NCBI GenBank assembly: GCA_043228905.1
Contig: JBHGNT010000001.1
Coordinates: 8,804,001-8,868,000, forward strand
Source: Azolla caroliniana
Lineage: Eukaryota; Plantae; Polypodiophyta
DNA: 64,000 nucleotides
Direction: 5' to 3'
Shown here: positions 34,001 through 47,000 of the stretch, one piece after another
Layout of the letters: each line of letters begins with the position of its first letter
Position numbering within the stretch: position 1 is the first letter of the stretch
The notes under the pieces: generated by a model
The model's database searches: none
What the model was told of the DNA's origin: nothing
Seen by the model: the letters and a program-made list of their open reading frames with translations, nothing else
Translations under genes and position numbers: made by a program

Positions 34001-36418
34001 GGTTAGCACTCGAGGATCCGGCCGAAGACGGTGAAGAAACAGAACCGGCCGAAGAAGATGAAAATGATACCGGAACCGGCTCCGATCCCGAAATGGATTC
34101 GGATGAAGAAGAATCGGAGGAACCGGTTACCGAAGCTCCGGAACGGAGATATCCTCTAAGAGAGAGAAGGGCCCCCCGGAGATTTCCGGAACCAGAGCAC
34201 GTGCTGCTAACCGACGAGGGGGAGCCGGAGAGCTTTGAAGAAGCGAAGCACGACACCCAGAGCCGCAGGTGGTTGAGTGCCATGCAGGACGAGATGGATT
34301 CCCTGCATGAGAACCACACATATGAACTTGTGGAGTTGCCGAAAGGAAAGCGGGCACTTCGAAACAAGTGGGTGTTCAAGCTGAAACCGGGAGATGCCGG
34401 AAACCCCCCGAGATACAAAGCCAGGATCGTGGTGAAGGGGTTTCAGCAGAAGAAGGGCGTCGACTTCGACGAGATATTTGCCCCGGTAGTGAAGATGACC
34501 TCCATCCGGACGGTGCTGAGCATAGCGGCAAGCATGGACCTCGAGGTAGAACAGATGGACGTGAAGACGGCATTCCTTCACGGTGACCTCGATGAAGAGA
34601 TCTACATGCAGCAACCGGAAGGATTCGAGAAGAAAGGGAAGGAGCACCTGGTATGCCGGTTGAAGAAGAGCCTTTACGGACTGAAGCAGGCTCCCCGGCA
34701 ATGGTACCGGAAGTTCGATTCCTTCATGACCGACGAAGGGTACCTCAAAACGCAGTCCGACCACTGCGTGTTTGTGAAGAAGTTTGAAGGAGAAGACTCT
34801 CTAATACTCCTCCTGTACGTGGACGACATGTTGATCGTCGGACGGGACCAGGTCAAGATACGGATGCTGAAGAAGGCCCTTCACCGAACCTTCTCAATGA
34901 AGGACCTGGGTCCGGCGAGGCAAATACTAGGGATGCACATCATCCGGGACCGGAAGAAGAAGCAGTTGTGGCTGTCACAGGAGAAGTACGTGACAAAGGT
35001 GCTTAAACGGTTCAACATGTCGGAAGCAAGACCGGTCGGATCGACCCTCCCGGCAAACTGCAAGCTGTCCAGCAAGCAAAGTCCCAAGACAAAGGCTGAA
35101 AAGGAGGATATGATGAAAGTGCCGTATGCCTCAGCCGTCGGGAGCTTGATGTACGCCATGGTGTGTACGAGACCGGACATCGGATATGCAGTCGGAGCGG
35201 TAAGTCGGTACATGAGCAATCCCGGCAAAGAGCACTGGAACGCGGTCAAGTGGATACTTCGATACCTGAAGGGCACGGCAAACGTGTGCCTCCGATTCGG
35301 CTCCGGAATGCCCGAACTCGATGGCTTTACCGATTCGGATATGTCGGCTGATGCAGATACCAGCCGGTCCACATCAGGGTATGTGATGACGTATGCAGGG
35401 GGAGCTGTTTCGTGGCAGTCGAGGCTGCAGAAGACGGTTGCGTTGTCAACCACGGAGGCGGAGTACATGGCGGCTGTTGAAGCCGGCAAGGAAATAATAT
35501 GGATGAAGGACTTCATTAGAGAGCTCGGTATCCGGCAGGAGGAGTACCGACTCTACTGCGACAGTCAGAGTGCAATCCACCTTGCGAAGAACGCGGCCTA
35601 TCACTCCCGGACGAAGCACATCCAGCGAAGATATCACTGGATCCGGGAAAGGATAGAAGACAAGGAGTTCGTGCTGACAAAGATCCACACGGACGAGAAC
35701 GGGTCGGATATGCTGACCAAGGTCCTCACACCCGACAAACTGGAAGCATGCCAGAAGAGGATCGGATTGGAGAGACATCCCATGCCGAAGTGAAGGGGGA
35801 GTTTGTTGGAATTACGGTCCCTTCGGATGGGATGGTCGGATGTCGGAGATGAATGCCGACGAGCCCATTTTCGGTTTCGGATCCGGATGACGAAGACCCC
35901 GGCTTCGGTGCCGGATGACGAATGTACCCGGAGAGCGATCCGGATGCAGGGACATATCCGTGAATATGTTCGCTATGGGCCCCTGAGGCTATAGTTGTAA
36001 ATAGCCCAAAGTCATATAAGTATAAATATGACTTAGGGCAAACAGTTTTGCTGTTGCTACTCATTTTTCTGTTTTTCCACTCAAGAGGAGTGAAGAGAGA
36101 GCAGCCGTGAGAGAGAGAGAGAGAGATAGAGCGCGAGAGAGAGGAAGAGGTAGACGCCTCTGTGTATTTCCGCCGCCTGTGGCGAGGATAGCGAGCTCAA
36201 GGTCGTCGCCTTGCAGCTCGCCATTGTATACTTCTCTGTATAGTGTTGGTTTGGAGTCTTGTACTCCCGTGGTTTTTCCCGTCTAGGGTTTTCCACGTTA
36301 ATCCCTGTGTGCTCGCGTTTTGTTTCTCTGTGTGGTTCCTATTTTCTGCTCCATTGATTTGCGCTTACTGTGGTTGTGGCTGAGTGGTGAAGGTGAATAG
36401 AAGCGTCTATTCCTTTCA
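31075..36418 (+). mobile_element. Young full-length Ty1/copia element (copia-2, Tnt1/Tork-like)
   Basis: 615-bp LTRs 31075-31689 and 35804-36418 (TG...CA, 5 differences by eye). TSD TGTCG at 31070-31074 and 36419-36423. PBS TGGTATCAGAGC 31693-31704; PPT GAAGGGGGAG. Confidence 0.98.
31720..35793 (+). CDS. Copia gag-pol polyprotein (1357 aa)
   Basis: Uninterrupted ORF: CFHCGKPGHFRKNC, VDSGAS, WHKRLCH, integrase D-D-E, YVDD, TEAEY. The stop codon overlaps the PPT. Confidence 0.96.
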   Translation: MEGGGSGQPGMMVLTAQNYADWKIKMEDLLIVRDLYEPIDRSEIPKGVLESEWRLLNRKAVATIRQYVDVSVLQHVANDTNAYEMWKKLSGLYERKNALNRTSLMRKIVNLKYRDGESMVEHVSTFMGFVNQLAAIKFPLEDAMQAIILMCTLPESWENLVVTLSTSCTEDNLSLQTVKTSILNEEARRRDKEPASDSKALLTESDRGRQWNRSPQRREKSGTRSQSRGRPTCFHCGKPGHFRKNCRHYRKDNGADDTDSKKSPERNGAYRGATDRRGSDRRGQDRKGTTALAASEEEIMLITEESEVNIAGDETTWVVDSGASFHLTPERRYFSSYTAGEHGCVRMGNEGTCRIAGIGDVWLTTPTGCKMLLKDVRHVPEVRLNLISAGRLDDEGYTGSIRNGVMKFSKGSLIVARARKDNTLYLMNARLCPEELNVATDTAGELWHKRLCHMSEKGMKRLAEDNLIPVKHVHLEKCTDCLAGKQNRTSFHSRPPTRRSAPLELVHTDVCQVETKSHGGAQYFVTFIDDHSWKLWTAPLKTKDQVLCVFKELHARVERESGKKLKAIRADNGGEYRGQFAEYCRSKGIRLEFTVPKTPELNGLAERMNRTIMERVRSMLAHAKLPKGFWAEAMSTATYVINRSPSVPLDGDTPQRVWTGREISYRHLKVFGCLAYVHVAKDRRGKLDPKTRPCIFLGYGDDEFGYRVWDPVDKKIFRSRDIIFMEDKTLADWESEKKMKSSKSTGEDQLYEEQSRPARDRLALEDPAEDGEETEPAEEDENDTGTGSDPEMDSDEEESEEPVTEAPERRYPLRERRAPRRFPEPEHVLLTDEGEPESFEEAKHDTQSRRWLSAMQDEMDSLHENHTYELVELPKGKRALRNKWVFKLKPGDAGNPPRYKARIVVKGFQQKKGVDFDEIFAPVVKMTSIRTVLSIAASMDLEVEQMDVKTAFLHGDLDEEIYMQQPEGFEKKGKEHLVCRLKKSLYGLKQAPRQWYRKFDSFMTDEGYLKTQSDHCVFVKKFEGEDSLILLLYVDDMLIVGRDQVKIRMLKKALHRTFSMKDLGPARQILGMHIIRDRKKKQLWLSQEKYVTKVLKRFNMSEARPVGSTLPANCKLSSKQSPKTKAEKEDMMKVPYASAVGSLMYAMVCTRPDIGYAVGAVSRYMSNPGKEHWNAVKWILRYLKGTANVCLRFGSGMPELDGFTDSDMSADADTSRSTSGYVMTYAGGAVSWQSRLQKTVALSTTEAEYMAAVEAGKEIIWMKDFIRELGIRQEEYRLYCDSQSAIHLAKNAAYHSRTKHIQRRYHWIRERIEDKEFVLTKIHTDENGSDMLTKVLTPDKLEACQKRIGLERHPMPK

Positions 36419-38160
36419 TGTCGTGACAATTGTGAACATCGTGTTTGCAATATGGCTTCTTAAGGCTTTGTGAGTACCCGGGGTTCTTTAATGAGCTAAT
36501 ATTGTTCTTAATAGAAAGAGAGTGAGAGATAGGCAGTAAAAACAAATAAATGGAATGAAAAATGAACTTCATTCGGTATTTGTGTTTATTAGGAACTAAC
36601 ACAATAAAGGTTAATTTTTTGTCTCCCTTATATTTTTCATTATGGCATGTTGCATCTTTCACCCCTCATCATCATCACTTGTCACGTTGACGATTAGTTG
36701 TTGATTGTGACCACAAATGACATTACCAACCTGTATTGTCCTTACTAATCATTGTTCATCATAACTGGTGTTCAATGTGTAACCTTAGACATTGTTCTCA
36801 TTGGTGTGTAACTTTAAACGTTGGTTGACTTATATAGTTGTGGAATTCATTGTCGTCGTTCTTAAAGACTTAGCAATCCTCGTTGTTTGTCATCCTTGTA
36901 TGCAAAATTTGTATGGAATGATTGGGTGTAGTTGGGTTTCTACACTTCTTGTTAATTTATCTTTCCAATTTAAACTTATGGAGCATGTTAAAAACAATGG
37001 ATGATGGATCCTTTGTTTACTTTGGTATATGAAGATTTGAACCCAAAGTAATTTTATTTTGACACATGTACAACAAAATTCAATAAATTCAAAAGAGGCT
37101 ATAGAGACCATGGATATGGTGAGGAGGTGTTGTATTAGTTTTGAACAGATGTAAGACGACATGTATATTGTTGACTTTAATTTTAATACCAATGGAGGAT
37201 AATTTTAATGGGAAAAAAAATTTCAATAAATTCATTGTTATGTCGTATGCTTCATTAAGTAAGTAACTGTGGTATTTTCTTACTGCCCCACATAGTGCAA
37301 TGAAGTAGAAAAAGTGTATCACCATACTCAAGTAGCAAGTGAGATTGTTGAAAAGAAGTTTGCAAATGCTTAGCAAGACTACGAGGTTCGGGATTCAAAT
37401 ATAGAACATGAATGCAAGTTTGATATTGTCATAAGTAGGATACGCTAAGGTGAAAGTCCATAGATTGAACTTATGCGAACTATCCAACCCAAAACATAAT
37501 GATTTAGTTTGCATCCAACCATAACCATTGTTGCATTTGTATTGTTCATTACATCTTTATCTTGAGTTTGAATTAGAAGCCTTGGGATACTACGTGTTTG
37601 GTCTTAAAGATTCTAAGAACAAAAACACAAAAGAAGAAGAGAATGCATTGTTGAACAATTGATTATCTAGTGAAGGAAATTGTTTGAATCAAGTGGAAAC
37701 CTAAAACATACACAGAGTACCACCATGTCATCACAAACATTGCATACTTCATACAAATGGATACCCCATGATAATAAATAAATCCAAAGGAGGAATTTCT
37801 CACGTCAGCAAAAAGGAGGTTCATATCTCAATAATTTTGAAGGATATGACCACCATTGGATGAATCGTATTTGCAACTTTTTTATTTAGAGGCAACATTA
37901 ACAAAAGAAGGCCAACAACATGGAAGATGAAGACGACATAGATTTATACTAGTTGGCAATGTCAAAAATCCACCAACATAGGATGGAAAGCATCTATTTA
38001 CAAATCGTAGAAAGAAGCAAAAGATAATACATGTAAAGACTCCAGTAGATCACAATTACAATCACTTCTCCTAGGCAAAAGCTTGACTCTATCTTTGAGT
38101 GCAGTAGAATGAAGATGTGTAGAAGTCAAAGTCTCTATGATAATTGCAAACGAAAGGAAG

Positions 38161-41100
38161 TGTTAAGAATTAGGCAAGTAATTAAGCAAGGGTTAATTAG
38201 TACCTAATTATGTGATTAGTTGATAAGCGAAAGATTATGTGATATGTCTGTGTATGTCTGTGAGAGGAAGAGAGAGAGAGAGAGATACACTTATGAACAA
38301 CACAAGATGGGGGATGAGTAACTATATTAAATTAGCATTATTATCATCAAATACAAAAATACCCACAATGAGGTATATATATATCTCATGTGCAAAGGTG
38401 CACATGTGTGAGTAGAATATAGGTACTAAGGTGTAAGTCCTATATTAAATGTACTTAGGAGTGGAGGATCTAGAATATCCCACTTAAGTACAAGGTCCTA
38501 TTTTAAGGCGTTATAGTCAACACTCCTAAGTAGATTCTATCTAGGTAACTACGAAGTTACATGGTTGACTAAATAACTAAACTAAGTTGAGCTTGATCTC
38601 TCAACACGCCCCCTCAAGCTCAAGTGTGAGGCATCTGACATCCGGTTCTGCTTTCGGCGTTGTCCGGCTTTCGATGTCGGCTTCTGTGCAACTTCCGTCC
38701 AACCTTGGGCTTTGTTCGTCGTGGCAATCTCGGGTCCTCCCCCTCAAGCCAGTGATGAAGGCTTGTAGTGTGTGGCCGAAGGCCGACTTCTTCCACCCAT
38801 CGTGGGTTATGAGCCACTTCAGTGGAGCTCTTGGGATCTTGTTCACCGATACCTTCATCGTGAAGGCATAGTGATGGGCCATGTAGACGTTGTAGCCGAG
38901 CCGAGTGACGAGGTTCTTTGCTCTAGATGAGCGTAGAAGTTTTTCACTCACCGATGTGAGCGCCTTCTTTGCTTTGGGTGTCCGCATGTTGGGTACACCG
39001 AACTCACTATCTAGTGAGGGAGCCGACACATCTGAATCACTGTCGTCGGTGTGATCGACTTCGTATTCGGGCATCTTACCTTTGCCTTTGTCCAAGTTCG
39101 TACTTGGCCGCGACGTGCTTGGGTCGCGTGGGGGCACTTGTGGCCTACTAGGCATTGTCGTAATTAGGCTTTCTTCAAACATGTGTTTGAAGCGATCTCC
39201 ATCTTCTACCTCTTGTTCGGTGGATTCCGGGTCGAGCGGAGTAAGAGTCGAAGTTATCTCTGGTGCGTACTAGGATGTGGACTCGTCGAAGACTACGTCT
39301 CGACTTACCCGAACCGCTCGGGTAGAAGGGTTGTAGCACTTGTATGCCTTCTTTTGGACGAGTTTCCTATGAGGATACATTCCTCTGACTTTGCGTCGGG
39401 CTTCTGTCATTGTTCGTTCGGGATGCGTACATTCGCAATGCTTCCGAACCCCTTGAGGTGTGACAATATCGGCTTCCTTCCGACGAGGAGGTCGTAGGGA
39501 GTTAGCTCATGGACTCCATTGGTGGTGCACCGGTTCATGAGATAGACAGCCGTGGATGCCGCGTCGGCCCAATAGAAGTTCGGCATGTGCTTCTCGTGCA
39601 TCATGGCGCGTGCTACCTCGAGTATTTGCCGATTCTTCCTTTTGGCTACTCCATGTTGTTGGGGTGTGTGTCGGCACGAGAATTCTCTCCGAATGCCTTC
39701 ACTTTGGAGGTATGAGGTGAATTCATCAGAGAAGTACTCCTTACCTCCATCCGATCGTAGGCATCGAATGTGCCGATCGGTTTCTTTTTTGACTTGGTCC
39801 TTGAGCTTTTGGAAGTGGGAGAACACTTCACTCTTCTTCTTCATCTGGAAGATCCATGCGTAACGTGAGTAGTTGTCGATGAAGGTGACGTAGAATCAGC
39901 ATCCGTCGATCGTCGGCGTTTGAGCTAGTCCCCATACATCCGAGTGTATGATGTCAAGGAGGCCTTTGTTCGTGTGGCTCTCCTTCAGGAATGGGAGTCG
40001 ATGTTGTTTGCCGAGTTGGCACGCTTTGCATACTCAATCGACTCGTTTCGACTCAAATGTCAGAAGTTCGATGACGACTCCCTTCGTTTGCATCGCTCGA
40101 AGCCGTTGGAGGTTTATGTGGTCGATTCTCTTGTGCCACAACTCAATGCTTGTCTCGGTTTTGAGACCTTTGACATACATGGTTGATTTCACCTTGTTCA
40201 AATCGAGGATGAACATGCGACTGTCTCTCCATCCCTTGGCTATGAGTCAACCATCTTTCTCGATGAAACATCCTTCGTTGTTGAAGCGGACTTGCATGCC
40301 TTGCTCCACGATTTGGCCGACGGAGACCAAATTCTTCGTTATTGTGGGCACATGCAATACATTCTTGATGCAAGTTTGCTTGCCTTCTTTCCTGAATGGG
40401 ACATTGTCGATGTGTCGAATGGGATGTGTGGTGTCGTCTCCCGTCTCTATGAAGCCGGGTCGGTTCTGTGTTCGTAAGTCACGAAACCACTCTTAGTGTG
40501 ACATCATATGATGTGAGGCGCCGGAATCGACAAACCACACGTCTTTTGAGTTGGAGGTGCTTGCGGAGTCGGAGGTCGACATAGAGTTTGCTCTATGCCT
40601 CATTATGAATAGTCCGTCGTAGTCGTCGTATTCAGAGTTGGCGGCGTAATTCATGAGTTGTCGACTTGTCAAAGCCGACTCACTTCTTCTTTTTCGGCAC
40701 TCCTCCTCGCGGTGGTCGATTTTTCCGCAATAGTTGCAAGTTGCGGGCCTCATTTGCCGACCTTGTTCGGCATGGAAGCTCCCCCTTCTTCCGAAGGTTC
40801 CTCGATGGCTTCCATGAAGGTTTGAGTCCCCTTCGTGTGATGGGCCGAATTAGCCTCTTCTATCGTCGTGACCTCGTCCTCGGCCACCATCTGAATTCGA
40901 GAAGAACATTTGTCCTTCCGATGTCTTAGTTTTGGTTTGGTGGTTCTCTTCAACCATTAGCATTGATTGAAGGTCAAAGAACGAAGGAGGGTTTTCCCTT
41001 GCCAAGATTGTCGTCCTCAACGAGTCAAATCATTGTGTGAGGCCGCCCAAGCATACTTGAACCATCTTGTCTTCATCGACGTTTATTTTGATGGAGCCAA

Positions 41101-42126
41101 GCGAGTCGCAAATGCTCTTGATCTTGGCGGTGTAGTCTGACACGAACATGTCTTTTTGCCGAATGTTGTTCAACTCTTGTCAGAGTTGAAGCTTTCGGGC
41201 GGTCGTGTTGACGGCGAACATTTTCTTTAAGTTCTCCCACGCCTCTTTGGGCGTCTTAGCGTCTCAAATGTAGCTAAGCACGTGGTCGTGGACACATGTT
41301 GCCAAGCAATACATGACTCGACTCACCGCTTGCTCCCATGTTGAGTAGTTGGCGTTCTTTGGGTCGGGTCGATTTTCTTGAGCATCGTTGATGTAGCTCC
41401 AATACCCTTGGCCAACGAGGTATTGGGTCATCTTGTACTCCCAAGATGAATAATTGTTCCGGTCTAGTTTTCACTAGGGAGTGAGCTACCCATTTGTGTG
41501 TTCGTGTTGATTGTAGTGTCTTCTCTTCTTTTGCTTTTCTTCCTTCGATCACATACACGTGCTATGTAGTGGCACTACGGTAGCTGATAGTCGGATTTTG
41601 TCGTTGGCGTCTCGAACACACAATCACGGAGTCGGGTGGGCTTAGTGGATTTTCTAAACCACACGCTCTGATACCATGTTAAGAATTAGGCAAGTAATTA
41701 AGCAATGGTTAATTAGTACATAATTATGTGATTAGTTGATAAGTGGAAGATTATGTGATATGTGTGTGTATGTGTGTGAGAGGAAGAGAGAGAGAGAGGG
41801 GAAGTTAACACTTATGAACAACACAAGATGGGGAATGAGTAACTATATTAAATTAGTATCATCATCATCAAATACAAAAATACCCACAATGAGGTATATA
41901 TACATCTCATGTGCAAAGGTGCACATGTGTGAGTAGAATATAGGTACTAAGGTGTAAGTCCTATATTAAATGTACTTAGGAGTGGAGGATCTAGAATATC
42001 CCATTGAAGTACAAGGTTCTATTTAAGGCATTATAGTCAACACTCCTAACTAGATATTATCTAGGTAACTACGAAGTTACATGGTTGACTAAATAACTAA
42101 ACTAAGTTGAGCTTGATCTCTCAACA
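38161..42126 (-). mobile_element. Older copia (copia-3), internally deleted: gag-PR-INT present, RT/RNase H absent
   Basis: LTRs 38161-38606 and 41677-42126 with about 20 differences. TSD GGAAG at 38156-38160 and 42127-42131. PBS complement GCTCTGATACCA 41665-41676; PPT complement CGCCCCCTCAA 38607-38617. Remnants CNYCGKIDHREEEC, WFVDSGASHHM, LRSDGGKEY, with stops. Confidence 0.95.
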
Positions 42127-42399
42127 GGAAGTTACTCTTTAATATTCATCTTTCTATCATATCCAAGTGGGTTTCATTTACCGAGTTCATGTAAATGTTA
42201 CATGGAAATCATTTTCAATATATATATATATATATATCATGCTTAGAATTCATGCACTCATTGTGGACACTGAAGAGGGAATAATTGATATGCGTAAGAG
42301 TAATTATTCTCTAGACTATGGATTAATCAAGGAGCAGACGTAAAGATCACAATAAAATATGATGCATTATTGTGTGGACTTTGCTTGATTGGATATTTG

Positions 42400-43900
42400 A
42401 TATTTATTCTATTTTTTTTACCTTGTTTATGAAATATTGTTTGGAGGAGCAATCTTTGCCATGTAAATCTCTTGTCTATAACCTATATTGCCATTTTCTC
42501 TAGCATCCATAAATCATGTTATTTTATTATAGTCATGGAGATTCAAAAGAGTCCATATTGAGATGAACTTATCTTATTGGCATTTTTTCTAATTGACACT
42601 TTAGGTTAATGGTGGAAAACCTTGAGATAATGTGAAAACTCACGCACAAAAGAACATATACAAGGTTGTGGTTAAAAGCAAAAAAAGTGAAAATTGCCCA
42701 TAAAAATATCATGCACCCAAAGACAATCATGTAATGATTGCCTTTGAGTGTGTCCAAATAAATTAAATTCATGAAAAGATTGTGTGTTATCCATATGGTT
42801 CATAGTCCTCAACCTTACCCAATATAGAATTTACTCCAAGGCAATTTGGGGATTGAGACATATATCTAGAAATATTCACCAAAGTGAAGTCATTAGAAAC
42901 AATGAGATATCCAGACTTATCCCCTTTGGAAGTGCTTAGTGTTGTGGCAACTTCATAGCAAGTGGTTAATGTACTCTAAACCAAGTTCACATTGTTGTTA
43001 TCTCGTTGCAACAATGTACCTTTGTTGAAGTTGTATTCCTACAACTGATACAACCTTAGGCAACAATAGTGTCCCAATAACAAACTTTCTTTTAATGGTA
43101 AGGCAATTTGCCAAGTTCTCGTTAAAGCACATTTTCCCACAAAGACTACGACTCAAGTATACTCTAATGGAGATCACCATATTGTTTTTGGCATGGAGCG
43201 AGAATGAGTAACCTACATACCTTCTTGGGTTTATGTGAACCATAGGTAAAGATTTAGAGCCAACAACCATATTCCAATCTTGAAACCCATTTCATGTCTT
43301 TGATAGTGGGAAGGGTATCCAATCATGAACCAACACCTCCGTTTTATGCAATGTAACTATTTGAGAATGACACAATTTGTGCCTATTAGTACCCTCCATA
43401 AACGAGATCAAATGGTCATCATTTGTCATTACATCCCTGATAGGATAAACAACTTTATTAGAAATGAAACAATATTATATAGGCTTTAGATTCACTAATA
43501 TCAAATGGAATGGCAAATCCAATGAATACCCCCTATTGTGTCGAGTTAGAGCTTGACCCCATCCATTATAACGCATATGCGAAATGACTTTATTCCAATT
43601 TTGTTTTACCTTTTGTAGAAAATGGAGATATTTTTATAATGTTGATATACTTAACAAATCCTACATCCCAAACCATGGTGGTTCAAGATCCCAAATTATT
43701 ATTTTTCATGCATTTGTACATATTTGTCAACATCATCCAAGGTTGGATTTACTTTCCAACTTGACCAGCAATTGGGTTCCTTGATAAGATGTGAATATCT
43801 AAATAGAGTATTATATTCAAACATCCTAGTAACTTTTTTTGTGGAGAGTTATTATGTGACAACAATCTCAACCCTTTACATTTACCTACATATTTTGCCT
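42400..43900 (-). pseudogene. Possible highly decayed LINE ORF2 3' remnant
   Basis: Minus-strand fragments resemble LINE C-terminal motifs (RTWQIALPLK near 43090-43120; HGLG..DL near 43660-43680). No long ORF. Confidence 0.3.
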
Positions 43901-44078
43901 TCCATAATAGCTTTACGACATTTTCAAACCAATTGATCAAAACTAAATAGATTATAGGACTAATGACTACCGATGGGTGGGGGGTGGAGCCGTTCTTGGC
44001 TTCACACGAATGGCTCCACCCCCCTCCCAAGGGGTTAAGAGAGAGAGGGAGAGAAAGAGAGAAAGAGAGAAAGAGAGA

Positions 44079-47000
44079 ATAAGGAATCTTGTGTTGTTGG
44101 CATCCACATACTCAACACACATTGCGGGTCTTCGATTGTATTCATCATCTTCGACCTCTTCAATCGGGTGAGTTCCGGCTGTCTTTCTTGTTCATGGAAA
44201 ATTGTTTTTATCCCGGATCACTATCACATCAAGAATAATGGATATAAACATGAATTCCTCTCAAATTGTGGGGGACATCGATATGGAAACAATTGATCCA
44301 AAAAAGAGTAATGTGATGGTTGAATGTAATCGTGAAAGGGAAGACATTGGAAGCTCTAAGAGGTTTAAGGGCATTGAGGAAATTAATGAGAAAAAAGCGA
44401 CATATGCCGAAGTAATACATGTAGATGAGATTGACAAGGACAATTGTAATTGGGATACTTTATGGGGAATTGCCAATACCTTATTGTCTGATATTGTGGA
44501 AAAAAATGAAAATGCAGTGAAAGAATGCAATTATGAGGATGTGCATGATGTGGATGTTGATGCTAAGGTAGTGTTGCAATCTTTTGATGTATTCTATGAT
44601 CGTACATTTATATTGTTTTTACTGGCAAACTCCCATACATTAATTGGATTAAACAATGGTTGAACACAATCGTGTCACCAAATTGTGTTGAAAATATATA
44701 TGCAGGACCACGAGGGTTTTATGATGTAGTGTTTCGTTTACCAGAACATCGAAGTGCATTGTTGGCTAAAGTTCCAGTGTTTTTTTATAAACGATTGGTG
44801 CATGTAATGTAATGGTCCCTTGTTGTGGACTATCATGCTTTGTTGAAACAAGAATGCCCTGTTTGGGTAATAGTGGATTGTAAGCATGCTTTTTTATGGC
44901 CACTTTTACCAGAGTTGATGAGTCAAATGGGTAAAGTGTTGGTATCTCCACATGCAAATGCTACAAATAAGTGCAGATTTTGTGTGTTATGGGATACAAG
45001 TCGTAAGAGGGCAGGATGGGTGCTTATGAACACACTTGGAATGAAAATACTTTGTTTTAAATTGAAGTGGGAGACATTTGTAGGTCACTGTTTTGGATGT
45101 GGTGAATGGGGTCACTTTATGGCGGAATGCCATCGTCATTGTCCTTCAACTATAGAGGTTCCTAATGAAGGGAATGGTAATGAAGGAGTTGGAGAGATGT
45201 TGGTGTGTCAGATATGGTGGTTGTTATGGATGAAGGAACATCATCTAGAGCAGGTTATAAAGAGGTTTCACTTCAAGGTTTGGGCCCTAAGAATAAGGGA
45301 ACTTAATTTATGGATATGGAAAAACAAAATTTGGTGGTTATAGATAAGGGGGAAAAACCGTTGGATAGAACTAGTAATGATGTTATTGTTGTTGAAAAGG
45401 ATTGGCATCAGGTTAAGGGCAAGTCAAAGGGCAAATCAATTAATATGCAACGTAATAGTTTTGTCCACTACTCATGAGACTACTTGGAAAAGTAATTCAG
45501 GAACTAGGGAGGGTCCTCGAAAAGTTCCGCGGCAAAGACAATTTAGGGATAAGGGATTACCCCTTCACCTTCAATTTGATTCATTGGGATGGGTTGTAAA
45601 TTCATCAAATTCTCGAGGTTTTCGTCAAGCGGGAGAACCTAAACAAAAGAGTTCGAGAGACAACTCTAAGGATGTGGTGCATGAAAATCCATATGCAACA
45701 TTGGAACATGCTTTGACTAGTTTCATGACATCGGTTGCTCTAAAGGAGCAAGTGCACCCATAACATTGTTGACTGAATGAAAGTGGTAACATGGAATGTG
45801 AGAGGGGCATGTTCTCCTCATAAGAAGTATATATTATGGCAAACTTTATTAAGTAAAGAATGGGATATATTATGTGCAGTTGAGCATAAGTGTCATGAGT
45901 TAGCAGGATCCATAGTTCATTTGCGTGGATATTCATCATTCTATGCAGGACATCTTAATAATCATTATTCAAGTGTGGTATTAATCGTGCGGGATAAGTA
46001 TTTTCCTCAGGTGGTGTACAATGATCCTTATGGTCGGTTATTGGTTCTAGAAATCACTTTTTTTGGCAAGGTTGTGTGGGTGGTTGGGATTTATGCCCCT
46101 AACCAAGTCACTCAACGTATTGCATTATGGGGTTCACTCCGTCAAACCCTATGTGTGGGTTGTCCAGGATTATTTATGGGTGATTTTAACATGTGTGTTG
46201 ATGCATCTCAGTCTATGTCTGAACATTCAATCATGGATGATCCTGAACAACTTGCTTGGGATTCATTGGCTATGGAGGTTTTGAAGTTGGATGTTTGGAC
46301 ATGGTTGCATGGGAATGATCTAGGTTTTACTTTCCAATCCGCTCAACATAGACAAACATGGAGTCGGTTAGATAGAATGTATGTGATGCACAATGATTCT
46401 TTTTTACCGGCATCACTTCGTATGGCAATTTTACAAGATGTAGGAACTTCAGATCATTTTCCTATTTGTTTGGAGATTTGTGGTCATGCAATTGTCATGT
46501 ATAAGTCCTTGGAAAGCCTCCATTACGCTTTAACTCTTCTCTTTTGCCTCAACCTCAATTTGATTCTCTCATGGAGCAAATTTTGGTAAATTTTTCACAA
46601 TAAGTGAATCTTAAAGGAGTTAAAGCATGGGATATCACATTACGAAATATTAAGATCATTCATCGTATGTATGGAGTAACTAATGCTCAACGAAGAAGAG
46701 GTCTTCTTCTAAAATTCTGACAAGTACTCTCTAGGTGTAACGCATTGTTGATACATGCACCTTTAGATGAGGAGCTTTTGGATATCCAAAGTCAATTGCA
46801 TGTTATTATTTCTCAGTTGCAATGCCAAAGTTATCGTTATGCGAAGATGCGACAATTGAGGGATGGGCTCATAGATAATCAATGTCAATCCCATTTGTTT
46901 TTCCAAGTGTTACATCCTACTTATACTCGATCTAATGTGGTACATGTGAAGCAAGGTGATGAATGGATAGTGGATCCTACTAAAACAATTGACATATGTG

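Noticed and set aside
31773-35778. Many antisense and alternate-frame ORFs within the copia polyproteins
   Set aside because: Expected shadows of GC-rich coding sequence; no independent motifs.
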